Source: an uncultured Gemmatimonadaceae bacterium
Lineage (GTDB): Bacteria; Gemmatimonadota; Gemmatimonadetes; Gemmatimonadales; Gemmatimonadaceae
NCBI GenBank assembly: GCA_963716745.1
Contig: OY970320.1
Location: forward strand, 2,016,001 to 2,080,000
Reading direction: 5' to 3'
DNA length: 64,000 bases
Shown piece after piece: positions 11,864 to 24,370 of the stretch. Position 1 is the first letter of the stretch. Every line of letters begins with the position of its first letter. The position numbers and the translations under genes were made by a program. Under the pieces are notes generated by a model. The model was not told the DNA's origin, did not search any database, and was given only the letters and a program-made list of their open reading frames with translations.

Positions 11864-13500
11864 CGGCGCGCGTTGATCTCATTTGGCTCGGAGCGGCCGC
11901 CGAGCCGCCCGCGTGGCCGTTCGGTGCGATGTACCGCGCCGCCGCGAACGCGCGCGCCGTGCACGAACTCATCGCCGCGCGCGCCGCCCGATCGACCGCG
12001 GACGCATGGCTCTTCTGGGATTCCGCGCTCGCCCCGCCCGCGCCGGAGCGCGCGCTGGAGCTGCTCGATCGTCCCGGCGATGTCTGGCACGCGGGCCTCG
12101 CGCTCGGATCGGCCGGCGCGCCGCGGATCATCGATCTACATAGCGCCCACATGGACCTTCAACCGCGACGCCGACGCCGCGCTGGAGGCGACGAGCTGGC
12201 GCGTGTCGATCCGCGCCTGTCTCGCGCGCACGAGCGTGCTGCGGTGGAGCGCGCCGTGACCCGAATTCGATTCGCTCGAAGGCGCCGCGCTCGAATGGGG
12301 CCACCGATGCATCACGAACGGCGTGCTGCCGCGCCACGCGCCGTCGCTGCTCGGCGCGCGCCGGCTCCGCGCGACGTCACGCGCTCACGCTCGCCGACGA
12401 ATTCCGGTTCGCGCGCGCGCGTTTCGGCGCCCGCTGGTGCGCGTGGGCCGCGCTGCGCGCCGCGATCGTCGGCTATGCGCGCTTCGAGGACATCGCGGAT
12501 GCGTATCTCGTGTCGCGCGCGTCCAGGCGCGCCGTCGCGGCCGCTCGTGCCCTACGTCCGGCCGAGCGCCCAGCGCCTGGCGCCGAGACCTGCCGTCACC
12601 GTGCTCATCCCGACGCTCGACCGCTACGAGTATCTGCGCACGATCCTGTCGCAGCTTGCGCTCGCAGACCGTGCGCCCCCTCGAGGTGATCGTCGTGGAT
12701 CAAACGCCGCGGCGCGCCGCGACACCGCCGCTCGAACGGGAGTTCCCCGATCTCCCGCTTCACACGATCGTCGCTCGAGCAGGCAGGGCAGTGCACCTCG
12801 CGGAACGCCGGTCTCGCGCGGGCGCGCGGCGAGGCGATCCTGTTCGTGGATGACGACGACGAGATCGCGCCGGATCTGATCGAGCGCCACCTGGAGCATC
12901 TCGTCGGTCGGGCGGCGCGGTCTCATCCGGCGTCGCCGACGAGCCGAGCGCCGGCACGCTGCCCGCCGCCTTCCGGATCGCGCGGCCGGCGGATGTGTTC
13001 CCGACGAACAACACGCTCGCGCGACGCGCAGCGCTCGAGCAAAGCGGGCTCTTCGATATCGCCTATGACCACGGCGCGCGCGCCGATGGCGACCTCGGGA
13101 TGCGCGTCTATCTTTCGGGTTCCGTGATGATGCTCGAACCGGCGATCTCCGTGCTGCACCATCACGCGCCTCGCGGCGGACTCCGCGCGCACGGCGCGCG
13201 CGTGGTCACGTACGCGAGCAGCCGCCGCCGGATCACGCACCGGCATCTGCCGGAGGTCACCGAGGTCTACCGCTCGCTCCGCTACTTCTCGGCGCGCGCA
13301 GGTGCGCGAAGCGCTCGTGCAATCCGCGGTCGGGCACGCTCAGCGCGCACGGCGGCGTCGCTCGGCGCGCGCTCAAATTGGTCTATGGCGCGCTCATGAT
13401 GCCGAACACGATCTGGCGCCTGCGGGCGCGGCTCGCCTCCGCGCGCGCGATGCTCACGAAGTTCCCGCAGATCCCCACGCTGCCGCCGGCGCCGCGATGA
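11860..13500 (+). CDS. GT2 glycosyltransferase with N-terminal extension, frameshifted
   Basis: VTVLIPTLDR, EVIVVDQ, FVDDD motifs; ATGA overlaps at both ends. Confidence 0.75.
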
Positions 13501-15787
13501 AGCTCCTGCTGATCAGCTCCGAATTCCCGCCGGGGCCGGGCGGCATCGGGACGCACGCGTATCAGATCGGCGCTCAGCTCTCGGCGCTCGGCTGGGAAGT
13601 AGTCGTCGCGACGCCTCAGGATTATGCGCCCGCGGACGAGATCGAGAAGTTCAATGCGACGGCGCCGATCCGAAGTGGTGCGGCTGCGCCATATCCCGGG
13701 GCCGCCGCTCGAGGCGGCGTACCGATATCGCACACTCGCGAAGATCATTCGTGACTGGAGGCCGGACGCGATGCTCGCATCCGGCGAGCGGTCGGTCTGG
13801 CTCGCGGCGCGGCTCGCACGCATCCGCGGCACGCCATGGATCGCGGTGGGCCATGGCACGGAGTTCGGTACGCGCAATCGCTGGGAGCGCGCGCTCACGC
13901 GCGGCTCCTTCGGCGCGGCGAACGCGCGTGGTGTGCGTGAGCGAATACACCCGCTCCCGGATGCACGCCGCCGGCGTCCACGGCCGCCGCGAGCACGTGA
14001 TCCCTAACGGCGCCGACCCATCCGCTTTTCGGCATCTTGCCCGCGACAGCCGACAGCCGACGGCCGCAGGCCCGCGTGCTGCTTACCGTCGGCAACGTCA
14101 CCGAACGCAAAGGCCAGGAAGTCGTCATTCGCGCGCTGCCGGATCTGCCCGGCGTGCGCTACGAGATGATCGGCCTGCCCACGCGCGCGCCGGAGCTCGC
14201 CGCGCTCGCGCGGGAACTCGGCGTCGCCGACCGGATCGAATTCGTCGGCCGCGCGCCGCAAGAGGAACTGGTGCGGCGGCTGAACGCGTGCGACCTGTTC
14301 GTCATGACGAGCCGCAATACCGCGGGCGGCGACTTCGAAGGGTTCGGTATCGCGGTGGTGGAGGCGGCGCTCTGCGGGAAGCCGGCCATCGTGAGTTCGG
14401 GATCGGGCCTTTCCGAAGCGATCATCGCGGGTGAGACGGCGCTCGTCGTGCGCGAAGGAGACAGTGCCGACACGGCACGCGCGATCAAGGAACTGCTTGC
14501 GGATCCCGCGCGCCTGACGAAGATGGGCGCGGCGGCGAACGCGTACGCGCTCGCCGAGCAGACGTGGGCACATCGCGCCGAGCGGTACGATGCCGTGCTG
14601 CGCGAGGCGATGCGGCCGCAGGGGCGCAAGATCGTCGTGATCTCCGACACGCCTCATTATCGCCGCGCGGGGCGGATCGTGGGGTGGGGGCCCACCGTGC
14701 GGGAGCTGGACCAGCTCAGCACGCTGTTCGACGAACTGGTGCACGTCGCGCCGGTGAGCGATGAGACCGCACCGGCGAGCGCGTTGCCGTACGAGTCGGC
14801 GCGGGTGCGGATCCGCCCGCTCCGGCCCGAGCGGCGGCGAGCGGTTGGTGGACAAGTTCGGCATCCTGAATTGCGCGCCGGAGTATCTCGGGATCGCGTT
14901 ATCGGAGATGAAGGACGCGGAGGTCGTGCACCTGCGCTGTCCGGCGAGCGTGAGCATGCTGGTGGCGTTCCTGCTGCCGTTCCTCCGGCGGCCGGCGAAA
15001 CGCTGGATCAAGTACGCCGGCAACTGGAATCCGCGCGATGAGGAGCCGGTGTCGTACGAGCTTCAGCGCCGGTGGCTGATGAGGCCATGGCACCGCGCGC
15101 TGGTCACGGTGAACGGGAATTGGCCCGGGCAGCCCGCGCACGTGCGGGCGTTCTTGAATCCATCGCTCACCGACCGCGAACTCGCGGCGGGGCGCGCGTC
15201 GGCGGAGCAGAAGCAGTTCGACTATCCGGTTCGTCTGCTGTTCGTTGGGCGGCTCGAGGAGGCGAAAGGCGTGCAGGTGCGCGCTCGATGTGCTCACGCG
15301 ACTCAGCCGGCTGGGTTTCGCCGTGCAATTGGAGCTGGTGGGCGATGGACCGTCGCGGCCGGAGCTCGAGCGGCTGGCGCGGGAACGAGGCATTTCGGAG
15401 CTGCTGAAGTTCGCGGGGTGGGTACCGCACGGCGCGCTGGCATTGCACTATGCATCAGCGCATCTGATGCTCTTTCCAAGCCGAAGCGAGGGGTGGCCCA
15501 AGGTGCTGTCCGAGGCGATGGCGTTCGGCGTGGTGCCGGTGGCGAGCCGGGTGAGCAGCATCCCGGAATATCTCGTGCGCTTCGATCTCGGCACCGTCGC
15601 CGATCCCGGGGACGTCGAAGGCTTCGTGCAGGGCGTGCTCTCCTACGTGAACACGCCGGAGCGCTGGCGCGTCGAGTCACAGCGAGCCGTGAGCGCCGCG
15701 GAGCATTTCACGTATGGACGGTATCTCGTGAACGTGGCGGGGCTGCTCGCGCTCGCGGCTCCGAACGCGCCGGTGGCGGCGCCATGA
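13497..15787 (+). CDS. Tandem GT4-GT4 fusion glycosyltransferase, frameshifted
   Basis: First domain SEFPPGPGGI...EGFGIAVVEAA reads in-frame into second domain KIVVISDT...EGWPKVLSEAM. Confidence 0.75.
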
Positions 15788-17221
15788 GCGCGCCCGTGCA
15801 GGAGGTGCCGGTCGCGCCGCCGACCCTGCCGCCGCGCAGACCGCGAAGCATTCTGCCGCTGGAAATGACCGCAGGCTGGGTCGGGATCATTGTGTTCCTG
15901 CATGCGCTCTACGGGCTGATGATCGCGCGCTCATCGGCGATCGCGACTGCGCACGCTCTGCTCGACGCTGGCGCTCGCGATCTGGATCGCGCTTACGTCT
16001 ACCATGCGGCGGGTGGCGTTCGTATGCGCGTACATCGCGGGCAGCGAGATCCTCTGGCGCCTGGGGAAGGCATCGCTGCCATGGGAGTTCGGCAAATACG
16101 CGATCTGCCTCGTGATCTTCCTGACCTTTCTGCGCACCAAGCGGCTCAAATGGGACTGGCCGGTGATCGCGTACTTCGCGCTGCTCATACCCTCCACCAT
16201 CATCTCGTTCTCCGAACAGCCGTTCGATTTTGCGCGCAAGCAAGTCAGCTTCAACCTGTCGGGCCCGCTCACGCTGTCGCTCGCCACCTGGTTCTTCTCC
16301 GCGTGGCACCCCTCACGAGAGGATATCCAGCGGATCTTCGTTGCGCTCCTCGCGCCCATCGCGAGTCTCGCCGCGATCGCGGTCACGCACACCGCGAGCC
16401 TCGAGGACCTGAGCTTCACGGATGCGTCCAATTCCCAAACGAGCGCCGGCTACGGTCCGAATCAGGTCTCCACGATGCTCGGGCTCGGCGCGTTGCTCAC
16501 GGTGCTGCTCATCCTGCTGCTCGACCGTGGCGTGCGCGAACGCATCCTGTACGCGGGTCTCGGCGTGCTCTTTGCCGTCGAGAGCGCGCTCACCTTCTCA
16601 CGCGGCGGGCTCTTTTCGGCGTTCGGAGCCTTGCTCTTCGCGGCGCCGTTCGTCGTTTCCGGAGCGCGGAGCCGCGTTGCGCTACTGGTCGGCGCGGCCG
16701 TGCTGGTGGGCACCGTTGAGATCGTCATTCTCCCCCGGCTCGACTCGTTCACCCAGGGCGCGCTCTCCGAACGCTTCCACGACACGAATCCGACGGGCCG
16801 CGATGTCCTGATCCGGACCGAGCTCGAGACGTTCGCCCAGAACCCGATATTCGGCACGGGGCCGGCCGCACTGGACGACTATGGCGACATCGCTTCTTCG
16901 GTGCACACGGAATTCACCAGATTGCCGGCCCAGCATGGGGTATTCGGCTTGTTCGCCTTAGCGATGATGTTCGTGATCGCAGCGAGAGACTTCGCGCGGC
17001 AACAATCGGCGGCGGCGAAGGCGATCTGCGTCGCTCTCATCATTTGGAGCTTGCTCACGATGGGTCACGCGGCGATGCGGCTCGCGATGGCGCCCTTCGC
17101 CTTCGGATTGGCCGCGGCGATCTTCTTCGGCGCCGGCGCGAATGGAGTGCAGCGGCCCACTGCATTCGGCGCGAGAAGGCTTTCCAAGGGCAAGGATGTC
17201 TCGCGGGGAGCCGCGTTCTGA
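15784..17221 (+). CDS. O-antigen ligase/Wzy-type polymerase family membrane protein
   Basis: Many TM helices, GPNQ, TFSRGG, TGR...PIFGTG, HTEF; frameshift near 15965. Confidence 0.75.
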
Positions 17222-18262
17222 GCCGCGCGAACGGCGACTTGCCGCGCCTCGCCATCGTCGGGCCGATGCTCGGCCGCAATCCCGGATACGTCACCACGCA
17301 GGGCGAATTCCTCACGGATCTCTTTCGTGAGGCCGGCTACGATGTCGTCTCTACCTCGGTGCATCCCGGCAGGGTGCGCCGACTCGCGGACATCATTCGC
17401 ACGCTGCGCCGTGAATTGGCGCGCGTGGATGCGCTGATCGTCGAGACGTACAGCGGTCCTTCTTTCGTGGTGGAGGACGTCGCTTCCCAGATGGGACGGA
17501 ACCATGGCAAGCCCGTCATCATGCACCTCCATGGCGGAGCGATGCCGGTGTTCATGCAACGTTATCCCGGCTGGACGACTCGCGTGCTCAAACGCGCCGC
17601 CGCAGTGGTGACGCCGAGCGCGTACCTCGCGCGCGTCGCGCAGCCGGTGGTGAGTACCGTGCGCGTGATCCCGAACATCGTGGAACTGGAAGGGTATCCG
17701 TATCGGCTGCGCGAACGTGTCACGCCGCGGCTCTTCTGGATGCGGGCGTATCATGAGATCTACAACCCACTCATGGCAGATCCGGGTGCTCGCGCGCCTC
17801 CGCGCGATCCTTCCCGACGCCACGCTGGCGATGGCCGGGCAATCGAAGGGGATGTGGCAGGAAGTCTCCCGCGAGGCGCACGAGCAAGGCGTCGCTGGCG
17901 CGTTCGAGATGCTGGGTTTCCTCGATGAGCACACGAAGCGCGCGGTCGCCTCGCGCTGCGACATCTTCATCAACACGACGCACGTGGATAATGCGCCGGT
18001 GGGCGTGGTGGAAATGTGCGCCATGGGACTGCCGGTGGTATCCACGAACGTCGGCGGCGTGCCCGATCTCCTCACAAACGAGGCGACCGGATTGCTGGTA
18101 CCCGACGGCGATGTGGAAGCGATGACGAGCGCGATCGTGCGATTGGTGCGCGACCCTGCGCTCGCCGCGACACTCTCCCGAAACGGCCCGGCGCTCGCCG
18201 CGCGATGCGCGTGGCCCGCCGTGCGGCCGCAGTGGGAACAGGTCCTGTCGGAGGTGGTCTAG
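17218..18262 (+). CDS. GT4 glycosyltransferase (start approximate, frameshifted)
   Basis: MHLHGG, RVIPN, DNAPVGVVEMCAMGLPVVSTNVGG. Confidence 0.85.
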
Positions 18263-20104
18263 TGTGCGGCATCTGCGGCATCGCGGGGTCGCGGCGTCCC
18301 GCGGCCGACACGGAGCGTACGGTGCTCGCGATGCGAGAGACGCTCGCGCGCCGAGGACCCGATGATGCCGGCAGCTTCGTGGAGGATGGTATCGCGCTCG
18401 CGATCCGCCGTCTCGCGATCCTCGACCTCTCGCCCTTGGGACACATGCCCATGCCATCGCACGATGGGCGATACCGGATCGTGCACAATGGCGAGGTCTA
18501 CAACTACGTGCAGTTGCGCGAACGACTTGCCGCGCGCGGAACGCGCTTCCGTTCGCGCTCCGACACGGAAGTGATCCTGGAACTCTACGCGCGCGAAGGT
18601 CCCGCGATGCTCCACCGGCTGAACGGGATGTTCGCCTTCGCCATCTGGGACACGCAGGAGCGCTCGCTCTTCATCGCCCGGGATCGCATGGGCATCAAGC
18701 CGCTCTACTACGCGACCCACGAGGGTGCGTTGATGTTCGCGAGCGAGCAAAAGGCATTGTTCGCCGCGGGGGTGCCCAAGAGTTTCGATGATGAAACTTG
18801 GGAGGAGCTGCTCTGCTTCCGCTTCACGGCGGGAGAGCGCACGCCGCTCGCCGGCGTGAAGCGGCTGTTGCCGGGTCATTGGCTCCGGTGGCGCGATGGG
18901 CGCATCGAAACGGTGCGCTGGTGGAATCTTCGAGCGTGTGCATGAACGGAGATACGCCGGTACGGCGTCGGACGCGTGGTTCGCGGAAGCCTTCGATGAC
19001 TCCGTGTCGCTGCGGCGCATCAGCGACGTGCCGGTGGGCGTGCTCCTGAGCGGCGGACTCGACTCGAGCGCCGTCGCAGCGTCGCTTGCGGGCCAGACGA
19101 ACGAGCACACCGCCACGTTCACGGTGAAATTCGGAGCCGAAGGCTACGACGAGAGCGCACTCGCACGCGAAGTCGCCGGCAAGTGCCACTTCGAATATCA
19201 CGATCTCATCGTGCCCGCCGATGGGCTGCTCGCCGGGCTGCGCGATGCTTCGGTGCTCCGCGACGAACCGCTGGCGCACGTGAACGAGTTGCATCTCTGG
19301 CGCATCTCAGAGCTCGCGAAACCGCTCGTCACGGTGCTCCTCAGCGGCGAAGGCGCCGATGAGACGCTCGGCGGCTACGTGCGCTACCAGCCGCTGCGTT
19401 TCCTGCCGGAATTGTACGCGGCGCGCAACGTGATCGACGTGCTCGCCCAACTGCCGTTCGGACACCGCGTGGAGAAGATGGCGCGCTTCGTGGACCTCGA
19501 GAGCGCTCACGATTTCGTGCTCTACAATGCGTGCGAAGTACTGCCGCCCGATCTCCGCACGCTTGGCATGGAGCCCGGTGACACCTTCTCCGCACGGCGG
19601 CAGATGCTCGCCGAGGCCATGGCACTCTATCCCCGGGAGCCGGTGCGGCAGGCGATGTACCTCGATCAGCACGCGTTCCTCGGCTCGCTCCTCGACCGGA
19701 ACGACCGCATGACGATGGGCGCGTCCATCGAATGCCGAGTGCCCTTCCTCGATTATCGCCTAGTCGAGCGGCTCGCGTCGGCACCGTCGTCACTCCTTTT
19801 CTCCGGACTGCGTGGAAAGGCCGTGAGCCGTCGCGTGTCGGCCTCCCGGCTCCCCGCGTCCGTTCTCGCGCACAAGAAATGGGGGTTCGGCGTACCCTGG
19901 GACCGGTACTTCCGCGACGTGCCCGCACTGCGCGAGTTGATCGGCACGTTGCCCGCGCTCGAGCCGATCCGCAGTGGGCCGTTCGCCCGGAAGCGCCTCC
20001 GCGCGATGGTCGATGGTTTCCTGCGTGGAGAGGAGCGCGACAACGCATTGATCTTCCAGTTCGCCATGATCGCGATCTGGCACGACGCGTACGTGGCGGC
20101 CTAG
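18262..20104 (+). CDS. asnB: Asparagine synthase (glutamine-hydrolysing)-like amidotransferase, one frameshift near 18930
   Basis: GTG-CGICG start, RRGPDD, NGEVYNY, RDRMGIKPL, LSGGLDSS, SGEGADE, ECRVPFLD. Confidence 0.9.
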
Positions 20105-21491
20105 TGGGACGACTCGAAGCGATCTACGCGAAGCTGCCCACCTGGGGGCAGCACGCCGCGGTGACGTTCTACGGCGCATACTGGCGCCGGCTGCGCTTCG
20201 GCCCGGGATTCTCCGATGCGCTGCGTGACTATGAGTCCCGCGATCGCGCATTGCTCGCCGAATTCTCCGCATGGCAGCAACAGCGGCTGCAGCGCGTGCT
20301 CTCCATCGCCGCCGATCACGTGCCGCACTACCGGTCCGCGTGGACGGATGCCCAGCGCGCCGCCGCACGCAGCGGCACGCTCAGCGCACTCCCAGTTCTG
20401 GAGAAAGAACCGCTTCGAAGTGATCCGCGCGCTTTCGTGCGGGACGACGTCCGCATCCGGCGGCCGGTGATCTTCCACTCGAGTGGCTCGACCGGGACGC
20501 CCATTGTCTCCATTCGCACGGTGGAGGAACTGCGGCGATCCATGGCGCTTCGCGAGGCGCGCTCGGCGCGTTGGGCCGGCGTGTCATTCTCGGAGCCGCG
20601 CGCGACCTTCTCCGGGCGCATGGTGGAACCGGATGCCACGAGCCGGGGGCCGTTCCACAGGTACAATGCGGCCGAGCGGCAGGTGTACCTGTCGCCCTTC
20701 CATGTGAGCGCGGCGACGGCGGCGAGCTACGTGGCCGCGCTGGAGACGCACGGCGTGCGCTGGCTCACCGGCTATGCCGTGAGCTACTACCTGCTCGCAC
20801 GATTCATCCTGCAGCAGCGCCTCAAGGTGCGCGGACTCGGCGCGGTGGTCACGACGAGCGAGAAAGTGACCCCCGAGATGCGGCGCGTCATGGAAGAAGC
20901 GTACGGCTGCCGCGTGTTCGAGGAATACAGCACCGTGGAAACGGCGCTCTTCGCGAGCGAGTGCGAGCGCGGCTCGCTGCATGTGAGTCCGGATGTGAGC
21001 GTCGTGGAACTCCTGCGTGCCGACGAACGCCGTGCGCTCCGGGCGAGGCCGGCCAGGTCGTGACCACGTGCCTGCTGCACGACCATCGGCCGCTCGTGCG
21101 ATTCCGGTTGGGCGACGTGGCGGCGTGGTCGCCGGAAGCCTGTGCTTGCGGCCGCTCGATGCCGGTGCTGCAGGAAGTCGTCGGCCGCACCGAGGACGTC
21201 GTGACGGGACCCGACGGCCGCGAGCTGGTGCGATTCCACGGTGTGTTCGTGGACCAGCCGCACGTGCGGCTCGGCCAGGTGGTGCAGGAATCCGTGGACC
21301 GGATCCGGCTGCGAATCGTCGCGGCGGACGGATTCGGAGCCGCCGATGAGCGCGACCTCATTGCGCGAGTGCGTCAGCGGCTCGGGCCATCGGTGCAGGT
21401 CACCGTGGAGATCGTGGATCGGATCCCGCTCTCGGCGGCGGGAAAGTTCCAGGCCGTGGTGTCGCACGTGACAGGGAAGGATCCACAATGA
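20104..21491 (+). CDS. Phenylacetate-CoA-ligase/CapK-like adenylate-forming protein, frameshift near 21030
   Basis: HSSGSTGTP, EEYSTVE, RFRLGD, GRTED, GKF motifs. Confidence 0.85.
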
Positions 21492-22510
21492 GTTCGTCGT
21501 TCGTGACCGTGATCGTCCCGTGCAGGAATGAGCGGCGGTTCATCGAACGCTGTCTCGCGTCCATCGTGGCCTCGCGCTATCCCGCGGATCGCATGGAGAT
21601 CCTGGTAGCGGACGGCATGAGCGACAATGGGACACGCGACATCATCGCGGCGTCGATCGCGAGAGACACGCGGATCTCCATGCTCGACAACCCGGCGCGC
21701 ACATCTCCGGCCGCCATGAACATCGGCATCAAACGTGCGCGCGGCAATGTGATCCTGCGCATGGACGCGCACTGCGAGTATCCGCCGGATTACATCCCGG
21801 CGCTCGTGTCGGCACTCGAGACCACCGGCGCCGCGAACGTCGGCGGCGTGACAGCGGTCGTCCCGGCCGCCGACACGCCGGTTGCGAAGGCGATCGCGAT
21901 CGCGCTGTCGCACGTGGCGGGCATGGGCGATTCGCATTTCCGGATCGGCGCGAAGGAGGCCAAGTGGGTGGACACCGTGCCTTTCGGCTGCTGGAAGCGC
22001 GAGACGTTCGAGCGGGTAGGCCTTTTCGATGAGTCGTTGCCGAGGAACCAGGATGACGAGTTCAACATGCGTCTGTCGCGATCCGGCGGGCGCATCCTAC
22101 TCGTGCCCACGGTGGTCACGCGGTACTTCGGCCGAGAGACACTCGCGCAGCTTAGCCGCATGTTCTACCAATACGGGTACTTCAAGCCGCTCGCCGCGAT
22201 CCGTTCCGGTTCGCGGCTGCGCCCACGCCAATTCGCACCTGCGGCGCTCGTGCTCGGGCTGCTCGTCGGTACGCTCCTCGCGCCCCTTAGCACGGGCTTG
22301 TTGAGGGTGGTCGCGATCGCGTACGCGTTCTTCGTCGTGGGCGCCGCAGTGCCGACGGCGTGGATCTCCGGCCCGTCGGTGGGCGCGGCATTCCTGGCGG
22401 TCCTCCCCACGATGCATCTCGCGTACGGCGTGGGATTCCTGCGCGGAACGCTCCAGTTCGCCATCTTGAAGCGTGCCCCCGCCGCCGCTGCCCCCAAACT
22501 CTCCCGCTGA
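21488..22510 (+). CDS. GT2 glycosyltransferase (ExoA-like)
   Basis: VIVPCRNE, DGMSDNGT, RMDAH, RNQDDEFN; C-terminal TM helices. Confidence 0.9.
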   Translation: MSSSFVTVIVPCRNERRFIERCLASIVASRYPADRMEILVADGMSDNGTRDIIAASIARDTRISMLDNPARTSPAAMNIGIKRARGNVILRMDAHCEYPPDYIPALVSALETTGAANVGGVTAVVPAADTPVAKAIAIALSHVAGMGDSHFRIGAKEAKWVDTVPFGCWKRETFERVGLFDESLPRNQDDEFNMRLSRSGGRILLVPTVVTRYFGRETLAQLSRMFYQYGYFKPLAAIRSGSRLRPRQFAPAALVLGLLVGTLLAPLSTGLLRVVAIAYAFFVVGAAVPTAWISGPSVGAAFLAVLPTMHLAYGVGFLRGTLQFAILKRAPAAAAPKLSR

Positions 22511-23210
22511 CCGCGCCGCCTCGACGTCCGGCGAACGCATCCGCCTGGCGGCTGCGTACGCGCAGCGCGAAGCTGCCGCCTTCGACTCGTGGTTCGATCC
22601 GGCCTACCGGTTCCTGCGCCAGGACCGCGAGCGCCGGGTGCTCGAACTTCTCGCGCGCGAAGGCCTCGGCTCGCTCGAGGGCACGAGGATCCTCGACGTC
22701 GGCTGCGGCAACGGCAACTGGCTGCGCGACTTGGTACGGTGGGGCGCGACTCCCGCGAATATCACGGGTGTGGAACTGCTCGCCGATCGCGTCGAGACCG
22801 CGCGCCGTCTGGCCGCGCCGGGGATCACCGTGATGCAGGGCGACATCACGACCCTCGGCGTTGCCAATGCATCGTTCGACCTCGTCATCCAATCCACGGT
22901 GTTCAGTTCCATCCTCAATGACGCCCGCCGCCGGCGCACCGCGGCCGAATTGCGGCGCGTGGTGCGCCCGGCGGGCATGATCCTCTGGTACGATTTCCAC
23001 GTGAACAATCCGAGGAACTCCGACGTCCGTGCTGTGTCGCGTGATGAGATCACGGCGCTCTTTCCGGGCTGCGTGATCCGCATGCAGCGCATCACGCTCG
23101 CGCCGCCGCTCGCGCGAGCTCTCGCCCCGTACTCCCGCGTGATGTGCGAGGTCCTGTCGGCATTCCCCTTCCTCCGCACCCACACGTTGGCCGCGATCCG
23201 TCCCGCATGA
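22473..23210 (+). CDS. Class I SAM-dependent methyltransferase
   Basis: ILDVGCGNG, FDLVIQSTVFSSI, RVVRPAG. Confidence 0.85.
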   Translation: MPPPPLPPNSPADRAASTSGERIRLAAAYAQREAAAFDSWFDPAYRFLRQDRERRVLELLAREGLGSLEGTRILDVGCGNGNWLRDLVRWGATPANITGVELLADRVETARRLAAPGITVMQGDITTLGVANASFDLVIQSTVFSSILNDARRRRTAAELRRVVRPAGMILWYDFHVNNPRNSDVRAVSRDEITALFPGCVIRMQRITLAPPLARALAPYSRVMCEVLSAFPFLRTHTLAAIRPA

Positions 23211-24370
23211 GTCGCAGAGCAGAGTTCCTGCCGTTCTCGCCCCCCGACATCGACGAGACCGACATCGCCGCCGTCGCCGATGCCATGCGTTCGGGATGGA
23301 TCACCACCGGGCCGCGCGTGAAGAAACTCGAGGAGAGCTTCGCCACGTTCGTCGGCGCTCCGGCGGCCGCCGGTTTCAACTCGTGCACCGCGGCGCTGCA
23401 CACGGCGCTCATCGCACTGGGCGTCGGGCCCGGCGATGAGGTGATCACGACGCCCAACACGTTCTGCGCGAGCGTGAACGTGATCGAGCACGTCGGCGCG
23501 CGGCCTGTCATGGTGGATGTCGAAGCGGACACGCTGAACATCGATCCCGTGCTCGTCGCGCGGGCGATCACCGCGCGCACCAAGGCGATCATCCCGGTGC
23601 ACTTCGCGGGGCATCCGGCGGACCTCGATCCCATCATGGACGTCGCACGAAGCCGCGGCATCGCCGTGCTGGAAGACTCGGCGCACGCACTCCCGGCCAA
23701 GTACAAGGGACGGATGATCGGATCGGGGTCGAATCCGGTCGCGTTCTCCTTCTACGCCACCAAGAACATGACCACAGGCGAAGGCGGGATGCTCACCGGC
23801 GATCCCGAGCTGCTCGACAACGCGCGCGTGGCCGGCCTGCACGGCATGAGCCGCGATGCGTGGAAGCGCTACGACAAGGGCGGCAGCTGGTTCTACGAGG
23901 TGGTGACGCCGGGCTTCAAGTACAACATGCCCGACATCCAGGCGGCGCTCGGTCTTACCCAGCTCGCGAAACTCGAGCGCCTGCAGAAAAGGCGCTATGA
24001 GATCGTGCGCGCATACGATGCGGCATTCAGCGCCGAGCCAGCGCTCGAAAGGCCGGCCCGCCGCCGCGACGTGGACCACGCATGGCACCTGTACACTCTG
24101 CGCATCCGCCCGGAGATGCTCACGATCGGGCGTGATGAGTTCATCAAGGAGATGGCGGCGCGGAACATCGGGACGAGCGTGCATTTCATCCCGGTGCATC
24201 TCCATCCGTACTACCGCGACAAGTATGCGCTGAAGCCGGGAGATCTTCCCGTGGCGCTGTCTAACTACGAGCGGATCCTGTCGATCCCGCTGCATCCGCG
24301 GTTGAGCGATGCCGACGTGGCGGATGTGGCGGGTGCGGTGCTCGACATCGTTGCCACGCACCGGAAGTGA
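23207..24370 (+). CDS. DegT/DnrJ/EryC1/StrS PLP-dependent sugar aminotransferase
   Basis: SGWITTGP, NSCTAALH, EDSAHA, FSFYATKNMTTGEGG. Confidence 0.95.
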   Translation: MSRRAEFLPFSPPDIDETDIAAVADAMRSGWITTGPRVKKLEESFATFVGAPAAAGFNSCTAALHTALIALGVGPGDEVITTPNTFCASVNVIEHVGARPVMVDVEADTLNIDPVLVARAITARTKAIIPVHFAGHPADLDPIMDVARSRGIAVLEDSAHALPAKYKGRMIGSGSNPVAFSFYATKNMTTGEGGMLTGDPELLDNARVAGLHGMSRDAWKRYDKGGSWFYEVVTPGFKYNMPDIQAALGLTQLAKLERLQKRRYEIVRAYDAAFSAEPALERPARRRDVDHAWHLYTLRIRPEMLTIGRDEFIKEMAARNIGTSVHFIPVHLHPYYRDKYALKPGDLPVALSNYERILSIPLHPRLSDADVADVAGAVLDIVATHRK

